DNA from: Candidatus Micrarchaeia archaeon
Lineage (GTDB): Archaea > Micrarchaeota > Micrarchaeia > CABMEP01
Assembly: GCA_038886535.1 (NCBI GenBank)
Contig: JAVZXS010000002.1
Location: 70,673-134,672 of the forward strand
Direction of reading: 5' to 3'
Length of the DNA: 64,000 nt
A model generated the notes under the pieces. The model worked only from the letters and a program-made list of their open reading frames with translations. It ran no database searches and had not been told where the DNA came from. Below, in pieces: positions 1-9,515 of this stretch; within the stretch, counting starts at the first letter, position 1; each line of letters starts with the position of its first letter. The translations under genes were made by a program, and so were the position numbers.

Positions 1-2592
1 GATGAAATCAAGATGCATTATCAGATGGAATTCCAGAAATACAATTCAACTCAATATAGATTTTACAATAATATATCTAATCTTTTGACTCTAAACTATT
101 CATTAGCTATATCTGCAAACAATAGTTTAGGAGATATACATGTATCAAATGTATCTTTTGAAGTTCCAAATTATCCATATATTGTATATTCAGCTCCAAC
201 TCCTGCTAACGGATCGATTATAAATGATTTCAATACATCTATAAATTCATCTATCTTTATTCTTAATACTTCTAAGTATCTTGATAAATTTGTATTTAAT
301 TACAATAACAAAGATTACAATGTTTTTGACAATTCACTGGTTCTTTCATTAAGCTTTAACAATAATTATGGTGTAGGAGATAATGCATTGTTAATAAGGT
401 GTAACTCAACAGAGAGCGCAAATGGTTATGTCTATGTTGATATGACTAACGTTCAAGATTATACAATTCAGGCAGGAGATATATTAGAATACGAGGTATT
501 TTGGACCTCTACGTTAGATCAGATTTCATTTGACTTTACTACATCTGATGGATTTACATTAAGAGATTCTGGTGCAAGAGATCAAAACGGTTTATATGCA
601 CACGGAGGAACTAATTTGGTAGAGTATGCTTATAATAAGTGGTATAGAAGAATAATTCCAATTCCATCTTCTTTGGTTGGCAAAACAATAACTTATTATG
701 ATGCAGTATGTGAATACGATGGTAGTGGAGTTAAGACAGGATATTTAAGGGATATAAAGATATTGAATTCCACAGGTGGAATAAGAAGAATTATATATGA
801 TGGTTCAACAGATCCAACATTTTCAATACATTATAAAGGAAATGCAGATCTACAACTATTTGGAAGAATGGTTAAAGATAGCGGATACTATAACTTTAAT
901 GGTGCTCTTAGAAACGGTCCGATTTATAGTACTTCAGGTAAATTCGGATCTGCAATCAGCTTTGATGGTGTGAATGACTATATCGATTTTGGAAATGTAG
1001 CCAATCTTTCTTCAAGCTTTACAATAAGCTTCTGGATGTATCCAACAGCATGGGCAGATGGCGCTTCTAGAGGTATAATAAGCAAGAAGAAGAATGATTC
1101 ATCAAAAGGTTATGTTATTTATAATGAAGGAACCAAACCTACAAAATTAAATATTAGATTGTTAGGTGATACTGCATTAGATTTTCCATCAGCTTCAAAT
1201 GTCTCAATAAACACCTGGCAACACTGGATATTAAGATACAATGCATCTTCAGGTAATCTAAGCTGGTATAGAGATGGTGTTTTAGATAATTCAACAATAG
1301 TATTCATTGGCGATTTAAGCTCAAATGAAAGTTTACAAATAGGAAGATCCCAAACATGGAATGGTTACTTCAAAGGATTATTAGACGAAGTCCGCATATA
1401 CACTCGTGCTTTATCAGATGAAGAAATTAAAACACAACATTTAATGGAATTCCAGAAATATAATATCTCTAATTATAAACTATCATTTAATTTCTCATTA
1501 AGAGAATTTGATAAGGGTAATTATTCCTATTATATTTATGCTGTTGATGCGTTAGGTCAGAATTCAACTTCTGAAATTAGATTTATAACATTAAATATTA
1601 CAGACATTGAACCACCTTCAATCCAATTAATCTCACCAGCAAACAATGCATACATCAATTCATCAACAGTTACATTCACATTCAATGCAACTGATGATAC
1701 AAGCAGCACATTAACATGCAGCATCTACGTTGATAATGAACTTAAACAAACAAACAACTCTATTGCAAATGGATCTATTTCACAATTCGTAATTTCTGGA
1801 TTAAATGACAACCAACACACTTGGAAGATAAACTGCAGTGACGATGCAGGAAACAGCAATGTTTCAGAAACAAGAACATTTACAATTGACACAATTCCAC
1901 CTTCATTATCATTTGTACCACCAACACCAGATAATGAAAGATCAATAACAAATGCAAATGTCTTCATTAACGTATCTGCAAATGAGAACCTAAGTTCATG
2001 CAAATTGAATTGGAATGGTTCAGAATACATAATGACTATTCAAAATGCTGATGCTTTAACATATGCATTCTATAATGTTACTGGCTTTGATTTTGGTACT
2101 TATTCATATTATGTAACATGTAATGATACATCAGGAAACTTCAATTCAACAGAAACAAGAAGTGTAAGCTACATAGAATATATTGAAGTAGTAGTATCGC
2201 CTACTTCCTTGAACTTTGGATTATTGGATCCATTAACAAATTTAACTTCAGACATTTCAATAAATGTAACTAATACAGAAAACAGTAATGTTCCAATTTA
2301 CATATCCTTCATTGGAAATGATTTCATAAGCGGAAGTAATATTCTTGGAATAGGTAACCTAACTGTAAGGGCCAATGCAACCAAGCCATCTTATGAATAC
2401 TTCACTCAGGATCATTCATTATCAACGGATGAGCTTAGCTGCACACCTGTGAAGTATTCGTTAGGTCAAGACTGTAGTAATATTTCAATAGGTCAGCAAG
2501 TGAATTTATGGTTCAATATAAGAATTCCAGGTGGACAGCCAGCAGGAGATTATGTTGCAAATATAACAATTAAGGCAAATGGAAAGAAATAA
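1..2592 (+). CDS. Large surface/adhesin-like protein with its 5' end outside the window (LamG/concanavalin-like domain, Ig-like repeats, C-terminal ~145-aa module shared with the next gene)
   Basis: The frame is open from nt 1 (D-E-I-K precede the track Met at 13). It has the LamG-type signature GLLDEVRIYTRALSDEEIK. The 17-mer atggaattccagaaata occurs at 25-41 and 1444-1460, so a previous LamG-type module ends at the window edge. There is an Ig-like unit IEPPSIQLISPANNAYINSSTVTFTFNATDD..TCSIYVDN. I counted more than 40 N-x-S/T sequons by hand. Confidence 0.75.
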   Translation, partial: DEIKMHYQMEFQKYNSTQYRFYNNISNLLTLNYSLAISANNSLGDIHVSNVSFEVPNYPYIVYSAPTPANGSIINDFNTSINSSIFILNTSKYLDKFVFNYNNKDYNVFDNSLVLSLSFNNNYGVGDNALLIRCNSTESANGYVYVDMTNVQDYTIQAGDILEYEVFWTSTLDQISFDFTTSDGFTLRDSGARDQNGLYAHGGTNLVEYAYNKWYRRIIPIPSSLVGKTITYYDAVCEYDGSGVKTGYLRDIKILNSTGGIRRIIYDGSTDPTFSIHYKGNADLQLFGRMVKDSGYYNFNGALRNGPIYSTSGKFGSAISFDGVNDYIDFGNVANLSSSFTISFWMYPTAWADGASRGIISKKKNDSSKGYVIYNEGTKPTKLNIRLLGDTALDFPSASNVSINTWQHWILRYNASSGNLSWYRDGVLDNSTIVFIGDLSSNESLQIGRSQTWNGYFKGLLDEVRIYTRALSDEEIKTQHLMEFQKYNISNYKLSFNFSLREFDKGNYSYYIYAVDALGQNSTSEIRFITLNITDIEPPSIQLISPANNAYINSSTVTFTFNATDDTSSTLTCSIYVDNELKQTNNSIANGSISQFVISGLNDNQHTWKINCSDDAGNSNVSETRTFTIDTIPPSLSFVPPTPDNERSITNANVFINVSANENLSSCKLNWNGSEYIMTIQNADALTYAFYNVTGFDFGTYSYYVTCNDTSGNFNSTETRSVSYIEYIEVVVSPTSLNFGLLDPLTNLTSDISINVTNTENSNVPIYISFIGNDFISGSNILGIGNLTVRANATKPSYEYFTQDHSLSTDELSCTPVKYSLGQDCSNISIGQQVNLWFNIRIPGGQPAGDYVANITIKANGKK

Positions 2593-2662
2593 AAACCTAA
2601 ATTAAATAAATATATCATATACAATGTTATATTAAATGTATATTAAACCTCGAGGTGAAAAT

Positions 2663-3184
2663 ATGGAGTTTAAATATGCGATACCAATGTTGGTATTGTT
2701 TTTAGGAATGGGTGTTGTTAACGCTGCAACAACCTATTCTTCAAATGTAACATTCAGCGTTTCAGTTGCAGAGTTTATTGATGTGACAATAGCTCCAGGT
2801 CAGATTGCATTTCCAACTATAAATCCAACTGAAAACGCAACAGCTACAACACCAGTAACAGTTACAACAACATCAAACAGTAACGTACCAATAAAGATAT
2901 CTATTTGGGGATCTAACTTTGTAAATGGAACCAACACAATACCAATTATAAATCTAAGAATGAGAGCAAATGATGTTCAACCAGATGCTTCAGCATTTGT
3001 TGATCCACATTATGTAGATACTACAATGCGAACCTGTAACGCAACTCTATATAGTGGCAATCAGAATTGTTATAACATAGCCCCAAATAATACAGTCAAG
3101 TTATGGTTCAACCTATTTGTCCCAGGAGGAACAACTGCAGGTTCCTACAATGCGATTTTGACAATACAAGCTGATAAACAATAA
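2663..3184 (+). CDS. Small secreted protein, paralog of the C-terminal module of the upstream adhesin
   Basis: SD gaggtga lies 4 nt before ATG 2663; the track start 2636 has no SD. It has a Sec-type signal MEFKYAIPMLVLFLGMGVVNA. About 130 aa align with aa ~725-855 of the upstream ORF (NSNVPI-x-IS, NL-x-x-RAN, two conserved Cys, LWFN, PGG-x-x-AG-x-Y, TI-x-A). Confidence 0.7.
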   Translation: MEFKYAIPMLVLFLGMGVVNAATTYSSNVTFSVSVAEFIDVTIAPGQIAFPTINPTENATATTPVTVTTTSNSNVPIKISIWGSNFVNGTNTIPIINLRMRANDVQPDASAFVDPHYVDTTMRTCNATLYSGNQNCYNIAPNNTVKLWFNLFVPGGTTAGSYNAILTIQADKQ

Positions 3185-3193
3185 GTGGTTTGA

Positions 3194-4054
3194 ATGAATA
3201 AATTTGTTTTTTCTTTTCTTTTCTTTTTATTTTCATTAAATCTAGCTAGTTTAATATTTGCACAAGAAGCACCAAGACTAGCATTTGGTTCTGTTTATTA
3301 TACAAAAGGAGCATCAGTTACTCCAGGATCTAATTTCTCTTATGATATTTATTTCTTTGTAGATTCAGAATATGGAGATAGAACTGCGCACATATCAGTT
3401 TCAGTCAATTCTCCAGAAGGCTGGAAGATATATGTACTTCCTGAACTTACTAATCGTACATTTAATATAAGTGGAACTTTAGCAACTTCTGAGGAAAATA
3501 TTTATGTGGAACCAAGACCCAAGCTTCAATCAATTCCAGATCCTAGAGAGGAAGGAATTTATTACATTGCTTCTCCAAGTGGAAGAGGATATTTGCAGGC
3601 AAAGAAGGTTACTATATATGTGAATGTGCCTGAGAATGCAGAGATAGGAAAGACATATTTAATTTCAGCAACCGCAGTTGCAAGATATTTCGGTGATTTA
3701 GGTTCATTATCATTTTCACAGGCTAGGAATTTTGATTTTAATGTATTAATAAAACCTCCAGTTTATACAGAACAAGTAGTTACGGAGACGCAACAACCAA
3801 ACCAAACCAGAAATGAATCAGAAAATACCTCTCAAAAGAGCGAAAGTAATGTTTCAAATGAAGGTTCAATTGAATTAAATAATTCGATAACTACAAACGA
3901 GGCAAAGCAGGGGAACGAGATTCTTTCCTATCTAATCGTTGCACTTGTATCTGCTGCAGTCGTTTACATATTAGTTAAGTATGGAAGCGGAAAAAAGAAG
4001 CCATATAAAAACTATAAAGTAAGATCTGATGAAGAAGGAGAAGGCAATGAATAA
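3194..4054 (+). CDS. Secreted protein with C-terminal TM anchor (CARDB/NEW3-like beta-sandwich suspected)
   Basis: SD aagtggt precedes the ATG. The N-terminal signal is FVFSFLFFLFSLNLASLIFA. The motif VTIYVNVPENAEIGKTYLISATA resembles CARDB-like surface domains. A Ser/Asn/Glu-rich linker is followed by the TM segment ILSYLIVALVSAAVVYILV and a basic tail. Confidence 0.6.
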   Translation: MNKFVFSFLFFLFSLNLASLIFAQEAPRLAFGSVYYTKGASVTPGSNFSYDIYFFVDSEYGDRTAHISVSVNSPEGWKIYVLPELTNRTFNISGTLATSEENIYVEPRPKLQSIPDPREEGIYYIASPSGRGYLQAKKVTIYVNVPENAEIGKTYLISATAVARYFGDLGSLSFSQARNFDFNVLIKPPVYTEQVVTETQQPNQTRNESENTSQKSESNVSNEGSIELNNSITTNEAKQGNEILSYLIVALVSAAVVYILVKYGSGKKKPYKNYKVRSDEEGEGNE

Positions 4055-4075
4055 TAAATTATTTAGGTGATTGGA

Positions 4076-7000
4076 GTGAAATTTGAATTTAATCATTATC
4101 ATATAATTTTATTGAGTGTATTTATTCTTATTTTTTCAATCTCATTAGATTTCGCTTCAATCTCATCAGATGTCGGGGTTAATGTAACCATAGGTCATGC
4201 TCCTGTTTTGCAGATTAATAATTTCACAGTAGTTCCGGATGACATTCCTATTGGAAATTCTGCAAACTTTACAATAGAGGTTTCTAACATCGGTAACAGT
4301 GATGGAAACGTATATTCACTGATCCAAATATATGACGGCTATAATGTAATCGATTCATTTTCATCAGATACATTTTTGATTCCATTTTCATCTACTCCCA
4401 CAAATGTCTCTGTTTTACACGATATGAATTATCCAGTTGGAAATTATATTGCATTAGGATACATTAAATATAATAACAAAACAATAGGCCCAGTTTATTA
4501 TAACTTTTCAATTAATAGAGGCCAGCCACCATTTGTTTATTTAGTTTCTCCATTAAATAATTCCATTACTATTTTAAACAATGACACTCTTGAATTTATT
4601 TTCTATGTTGATGATGTTGATTCAAGTCAATTCACCTGCAGTTTATATCTAGACAATCAAAAGGTTGGAGAAAATAATTCAGTCCAAATTCTTGTGAATA
4701 CATCACTAAAATCCAACGTTTCATTCTCTAATGGAACCCATAGCTGGTTTGTTAGATGTATCGACAATGGAGATAACTCAGCTGATTCTTCTACCTGGAA
4801 ATTACGTACTGGTTCTTTCTGTCAGACACTTGATATAAGCAATCTTTATTATGTGATAAATGAGAATATTTCTTCAAATGAGACATGCTTTACAATTACA
4901 GCTTCAAACGTGACTCTTGACTGTCAAGGTCATTCTATTTTCTTCAACTCTGGTTCTGCAATTGTAGTTCAAGGACAAAATGCTACAGTCAAGAACTGCG
5001 TGCTTCTCCAGAATAATACTCTTTCAGCATCAGCCATACATGTAGACACCACTGGAATGAATTCAAATATTATAGATAATATAATTAGCATAACAGGAAA
5101 TGGAGCAAGAGGGTTGCTGCTTTTAGCAGGAAATATAAATCTAATAAACAACGTTGTTGTTATATCTGGAGACGATTCAATCGCTCTTTACCTACATAAT
5201 AGCAGCGGAGACACAATACAGAACAATTCTCTTACGCTCACTTCAGCTAAGAGCAAATTCATATATGCAGATGTGAATAGTGTTCAGAATTCAATTTCTG
5301 AAAATATTTATGTGCCTTCATCTGAATTAGAAGGATTTTCAATTCAATTCTATGTAAATGAATCTGAACTAAATATTACAATTCCATCTGCAGGAAGAAC
5401 CCCATCATTAGGATTATACATACCTGAAAATTCAACTCAGGAATTGACAGAGGTTAACCTTACAACAATGTTTATAGATTCTTTAAAGGTTCCAATCGAT
5501 ATTGCATCAAAAGAAGGTTATCTTAAGATGCAGATAAACATCTCTGCTTCAAAATCCATTCAAGCCAATACTTCAAATCCAATCATCTTCACAATCAATA
5601 CTTCTTCAATGAACCTTACTTCTGTAGAAGAGTCAAGATTAGGACTTTATGTTTATAACGAGTCATCATCCAATTGGAGTGCACTTGCAACAGACTGCAA
5701 TTTAACATCACATATCTGTAAAGGTTATCTAACACACTTTAGTACTTATGGGTGGATTATTTACATTCCAGTTACAGTAACAGCTGAAAAAACAGAAGAA
5801 GTAAAACAAGTTTCTCTTTCAGGTATGCTTTCATGCACAAAGGAATTAGCTCAGATATCAACAGAACCAAACGCTTCTGTAGAGGTTAGATTCCTTGAGC
5901 ATCCATATGCAAATTCATTGATCAAAGCAGGAAAGGCAGATGAAAATGGAAGCTTTGTATTTATTGCAGATCTCCCTGGAAGATATCAAATATCCGCAAG
6001 AAAAACAGGATTTAAAGACAATTCATTGATATTAACTGCAGCTGATGATTGTGTTCCAAGAATAACATTTGTTAGAAAATGGTTGGAGTGTTCAACGCTA
6101 TCTTGCCTTGTGAACATTCCTGTTCTTACTACACAGATGAAAGATGTAGTAGTAGATCTTTCAGATGTTTTTTCGATAATGACAGGTTCATTCTCAATAA
6201 TAGACAAATATGGTTCATCAGTCAATTTCTATAGCTTTGTTGGAAAAGAATTGAGATTGCCTTTGATTACAGACAGCTTTACAATAAATTCACAATCCAA
6301 TGTAAATATGGAGCAGATAAACGATCTTAAAAATGGCAAGGTTACAGTTGTATTTAAAGGTTCAAATACTGCAAGAGTTTCTGGATTTGTTTTGAATCTT
6401 GGTGACTTTGGAAATAACTATATAAATAATGTAACTTATGTAGCAGATAAAGAGTATGAAATATTTAGATATACTGTTGATGGAAAAACAGTGAAAATAG
6501 ATCAGCAGCTTTATTTATATCCAAACTCTAAATTCGTGTTCAGTGTAAGTCCGGTTCCATTAAGATGTGCATACAGTTATGAATGTCCTTCTGATAGCAT
6601 ATGTCAGAATGGAACATGTGTTGTTGTTCCATGTTCCTGTGGTTATATATTAAACAGAACATGCATACCTTATGAATGTTGCAAGGATTCTGACTGCCCA
6701 TCAGGTAAATCCTGTATATCTCATTTATGTGTATACACACCACCTACAATAACTGAAGAAGAGAAAAGATATATTGCAGACAGGCTAAACGTACTAATTG
6801 TTTCCATCCAATCAGCAAGAGAACAGGGAGAGGATACTACAGCTGCCAGCCAGCTGTTAGAACAAGCAAGAACAGCATATGAAGCAGGTGATTTTGAAAA
6901 GGCAAAAGAATTATTAGCACAAGCTCAACAGATATTCACACAAACTATAGAGACGCAACCTTCAATCCCATATCTTGCAATAATGGTTGTAATAGTATTA

Positions 7001-7078
7001 TTGCTAGTGTTAGTTTTGGCCTATCTATTAATTTCTAAGCTTTCTAAGCCAAAATGGAAGCCTAAGAAAAAAGAGTAA
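4076..7078 (+). CDS. Large anchored surface protein: Ig-like domain, right-handed beta-helix (PbH1/NosD-like), CarboxypepD_reg-like domain, Cys-rich module, C-terminal TM
   Basis: SD aggtgat (4065-4071) is followed by GTG 4076; the track start 4067 is the GTG inside the SD. PbH1-type repeats: NVTLDCQGHSIFF..ATVKNCVLLQNN..NIIDNIISITGNGARGLLL..NLINNVVVISGDDSIALYL. Other elements: ADENGSFVFIADLPGRYQISARKTGF; the Cys-rich block CAYSYECPSDSICQNGTCVVVPCSCG..CCKDSDCPSGKSCISHLC; and the TM segment IPYLAIMVVIVLLLVLVLAYLLI plus a Lys-rich tail. Confidence 0.7.
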   Translation: MKFEFNHYHIILLSVFILIFSISLDFASISSDVGVNVTIGHAPVLQINNFTVVPDDIPIGNSANFTIEVSNIGNSDGNVYSLIQIYDGYNVIDSFSSDTFLIPFSSTPTNVSVLHDMNYPVGNYIALGYIKYNNKTIGPVYYNFSINRGQPPFVYLVSPLNNSITILNNDTLEFIFYVDDVDSSQFTCSLYLDNQKVGENNSVQILVNTSLKSNVSFSNGTHSWFVRCIDNGDNSADSSTWKLRTGSFCQTLDISNLYYVINENISSNETCFTITASNVTLDCQGHSIFFNSGSAIVVQGQNATVKNCVLLQNNTLSASAIHVDTTGMNSNIIDNIISITGNGARGLLLLAGNINLINNVVVISGDDSIALYLHNSSGDTIQNNSLTLTSAKSKFIYADVNSVQNSISENIYVPSSELEGFSIQFYVNESELNITIPSAGRTPSLGLYIPENSTQELTEVNLTTMFIDSLKVPIDIASKEGYLKMQINISASKSIQANTSNPIIFTINTSSMNLTSVEESRLGLYVYNESSSNWSALATDCNLTSHICKGYLTHFSTYGWIIYIPVTVTAEKTEEVKQVSLSGMLSCTKELAQISTEPNASVEVRFLEHPYANSLIKAGKADENGSFVFIADLPGRYQISARKTGFKDNSLILTAADDCVPRITFVRKWLECSTLSCLVNIPVLTTQMKDVVVDLSDVFSIMTGSFSIIDKYGSSVNFYSFVGKELRLPLITDSFTINSQSNVNMEQINDLKNGKVTVVFKGSNTARVSGFVLNLGDFGNNYINNVTYVADKEYEIFRYTVDGKTVKIDQQLYLYPNSKFVFSVSPVPLRCAYSYECPSDSICQNGTCVVVPCSCGYILNRTCIPYECCKDSDCPSGKSCISHLCVYTPPTITEEEKRYIADRLNVLIVSIQSAREQGEDTTAASQLLEQARTAYEAGDFEKAKELLAQAQQIFTQTIETQPSIPYLAIMVVIVLLLVLVLAYLLISKLSKPKWKPKKKE

Positions 7079-7149
7079 TTAAAGAAAAGAGCAATTAATA
7101 AGCACAGTACAATTTTAAAATACGAAAACTTTAATCAAAAATAAATAGT

Positions 7150-7281
7150 TTACTTCTTTTCCATATAGCCGCATTTTCCGCAGCTCCATCTGTCCTTGTG
7201 CTCAGCAAGCCTTACGCCAGCACCGCATCTCGGACAGCTTTTTCCTTTTTTGTATGGTTTTGGTTTTCCTTTGTCTGCCAT
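7150..7281 (-). CDS. rps27ae: Ribosomal protein eS31 (S27ae), zinc-ribbon form
   Basis: Not in the ORF track (43 aa). It translates to [43 protein letters not shown], with the C-x2-C...C-x2-C ribbon typical of archaeal S27ae. SD aaggtgat lies 5 nt upstream. It sits next to S24e, as in many archaea. Confidence 0.85.
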   Translation of the reverse strand: MADKGKPKPYKKGKSCPRCGAGVRLAEHKDRWSCGKCGYMEKK

Positions 7282-7323
7282 AAATATCACCTTAAGTCAT
7301 ACTTTCAGTTATATTATTCTAAT

Positions 7324-7602
7324 CTATTTCTTTTTCTCTTTCTTTTCCTTCTTTTTATGCATTTTATCAAGCATATCTTTTGACTCATATACAAAAACTT
7401 CAGCCTTTCCCTGCTTTGCTCCAGCTCTCACAACAAATTTGTTTATATAAACTAACTCAGGATTGGCTGTCAGTGCCTTTGCAATTGCTTGCTGGATCTC
7501 CTCTTTTTTAGGTGTTCCAGCCTCAAAATTAATTAGACACTCCGCTTCCTTTCTCTTTAGGATAGGGTTGTCTTTTTTATCTAATATTTTGACTTCAACC
7601 AT
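7324..7602 (-). CDS. rps24e: Ribosomal protein eS24 (S24e)
   Basis: MVEVKILDKKDNPILKRKEAECLINFEAGTPKKEEIQ... follows the archaeal S24e pattern. It has a Lys-rich tail. SD tggtgat lies 5 nt upstream. Confidence 0.85.
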   Translation of the reverse strand: MVEVKILDKKDNPILKRKEAECLINFEAGTPKKEEIQQAIAKALTANPELVYINKFVVRAGAKQGKAEVFVYESKDMLDKMHKKKEKKEKKK

Positions 7603-7644
7603 ATCAAATCACCATAAACTCTTTTAATTTCAAACCTTAAACAA

Positions 7645-8034
7645 TTATCTTACTCTCTGCATAATTCTTTTTCCAAGTGTTTCAAGAAGCTCAACTTCTT
7701 TTCCTGCTTCAACTTGTCCTTGTAACTCCTTTGGAATCTTCAATTCATACATCTCGTAAGTAGTAGGATCCATAACTTGGGCGATGTCTCCGCTTACAGA
7801 AACTACTTGTGCTATTTTCTTTTCAATTACAGGTATCTCTACATCTGCATCTGAAGGTTTAAGCAAGGTATGTTTGCTTTCATCGAATATGCTAATCCCA
7901 GTTATTCTCATCTTTGCTGCTCCATGCTTTCCAGGTGCAGAGGTTTGAATTTCTACAACTCTGCATGGCTCTCCATCTATCATTACATATCTTCCTATCT
8001 TAAGATCTTTTGCACTTCCAGGCATTACTGACAT
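7645..8034 (-). CDS. eif5a: Translation initiation factor 5A (aIF5A)
   Basis: It carries the hypusine-loop motif TSAPGKHGAAK, the N-terminal SH3-like KIGRYVMIDGEPCRVVEI, and a C-terminal OB domain. Confidence 0.92.
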   Translation of the reverse strand: MSVMPGSAKDLKIGRYVMIDGEPCRVVEIQTSAPGKHGAAKMRITGISIFDESKHTLLKPSDADVEIPVIEKKIAQVVSVSGDIAQVMDPTTYEMYELKIPKELQGQVEAGKEVELLETLGKRIMQRVR

Positions 8035-8136
8035 AAAAACACCTATTTATAGTTAAATCTATCCTTTTATAAGGATATAAAGAGCAATATAATATAGGCG
8101 AGAAAGGTATAAAAGTATATCTATAGCCATATATTT

Positions 8137-8916
8137 ATGGCTTCGTCTATTCAAAATGAAATAGGGAGAAGGATCAAGGTATTTGATTCACATTGCCATC
8201 TTGAACAGAGTAAAAATCCAGATGAATTACTCAATAAATGCAATGATTTAGGCATAGGTTTAATAACTTCTTCAGCAAGAATAGAGGATTTTGAAAAAAC
8301 TTTAAGTCTATCCAACAGTTATTCTATATATTATACTCTCGGTCTTCATCCATTATTCGCAGCTAAGTCAAATAAGAATGAAATAGAAGAATACATATCA
8401 AAGATAAAAGAAATTAAAAATAGTAAATTTATTGGAGTGGGAGAGGTCGGATTAGACTTTTTCCTTGTAAAGGAAGAAATGCAGGAAAGGTCAAAGCAAG
8501 TATTTCTTGAATTCATAAACCTAGCGAACGAAATCGGTAAACCTTTGATTATACACTGTAGGGATGCATATCCGCAGGTAATCGATATTCTATCTAGCGA
8601 ACTCAAGACCATAGCAATATTTCATTATTTCAATCAGCCAGATTATGCGAAAGAAATAATAGATAAAGGATGGATGCTTTCATTGCCATATGTACTCTCA
8701 AAAACAAAAATATCAAAAATATTCGAAGAAGTAGGATATGAAAAGATAGATCACTTCTTGCTTGAAACAGATTCTCCAATATCTCTGGATAAGAAGGAAA
8801 TCACGCCATTGGAAATAATAGAGCTAGTAGAAAAAATTCAAGCAGCAACAGGAATAGAGAAAGAAACAATAATGAAAAAAACAACAGAAAATGTAAAAAG
8901 AGTGTTTAAAATTTAG
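8137..8916 (+). CDS. TatD-family metal-dependent hydrolase/DNase
   Basis: VFDSHCHL at the N-terminus, GEVGLDF, LIIHCRDA and LLETDSP are the typical TatD metal-ligand blocks. Confidence 0.8.
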   Translation: MASSIQNEIGRRIKVFDSHCHLEQSKNPDELLNKCNDLGIGLITSSARIEDFEKTLSLSNSYSIYYTLGLHPLFAAKSNKNEIEEYISKIKEIKNSKFIGVGEVGLDFFLVKEEMQERSKQVFLEFINLANEIGKPLIIHCRDAYPQVIDILSSELKTIAIFHYFNQPDYAKEIIDKGWMLSLPYVLSKTKISKIFEEVGYEKIDHFLLETDSPISLDKKEITPLEIIELVEKIQAATGIEKETIMKKTTENVKRVFKI

Positions 8917-8926
8917 GTTTAAAACC

Positions 8927-9433
8927 CTATTTCATGCTATTGCAAGAGTAAACAAAGCTTTTCATTTCTTCAATGCTTGCAAACTCTCCGACATGGCTTT
9001 GTTTATTGGAAGGACATACAAATTCAGGTATGTACTTCAATTGTGCAATTCCAGCAAGGCATTCTCTTGCAAGATTTACTGCATCTTTGTTTTGAGAATC
9101 AATTCTCACAAATAGATAACCTTCATTTTCAAGTTGGGTTACCCATGGCTTCATCTTCTGACAATGTGGGCACCAATCTGCATATATGAAATATACTTTA
9201 TTGACTTCACAGTTTGTTTTATTTGTTTCTAATTCCTGAGTTGCCTTGGAATCCGAAGTTGAGTTCGCAGAATTAGAGTTTGCAGGATTATTATTTCCAT
9301 CAGAAGAATTAAGTACATACTTTCCTGGAGTTGGATTTGGTTGTGTTATTGAATTGGTTTGGATCTGATTTCCAACACATCCACTTATTATTAAAATTCC
9401 TAAAATTAGGAATACAGCGATATATTTTCTCAT
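8927..9433 (-). CDS. Exported thioredoxin-fold lipoprotein (CPHC active site)
   Basis: It has a signal plus lipobox-like LIISGC, a low-complexity Asn/Ser/Pro linker, and a Trx motif YADWCPHCQKMKPW. SD aaggtgag lies upstream. Confidence 0.65.
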   Translation of the reverse strand: MRKYIAVFLILGILIISGCVGNQIQTNSITQPNPTPGKYVLNSSDGNNNPANSNSANSTSDSKATQELETNKTNCEVNKVYFIYADWCPHCQKMKPWVTQLENEGYLFVRIDSQNKDAVNLARECLAGIAQLKYIPEFVCPSNKQSHVGEFASIEEMKSFVYSCNSMK

Positions 9434-9515
9434 ATACTCACCTTTCTATACATCATCATAAATTTTTGAGCTATTTTCATTAAAATTAATAAAAGCATAA
9501 ATTCATTTAACAAAC

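Noticed and set aside
7196-7450. Plus-strand ORFs 7196-7450 and 7198-7383.
   Set aside because: They run antisense to the S27ae and S24e ribosomal protein genes. Their hydrophobic, low-complexity translation mirrors the Lys-rich tails of those genes.
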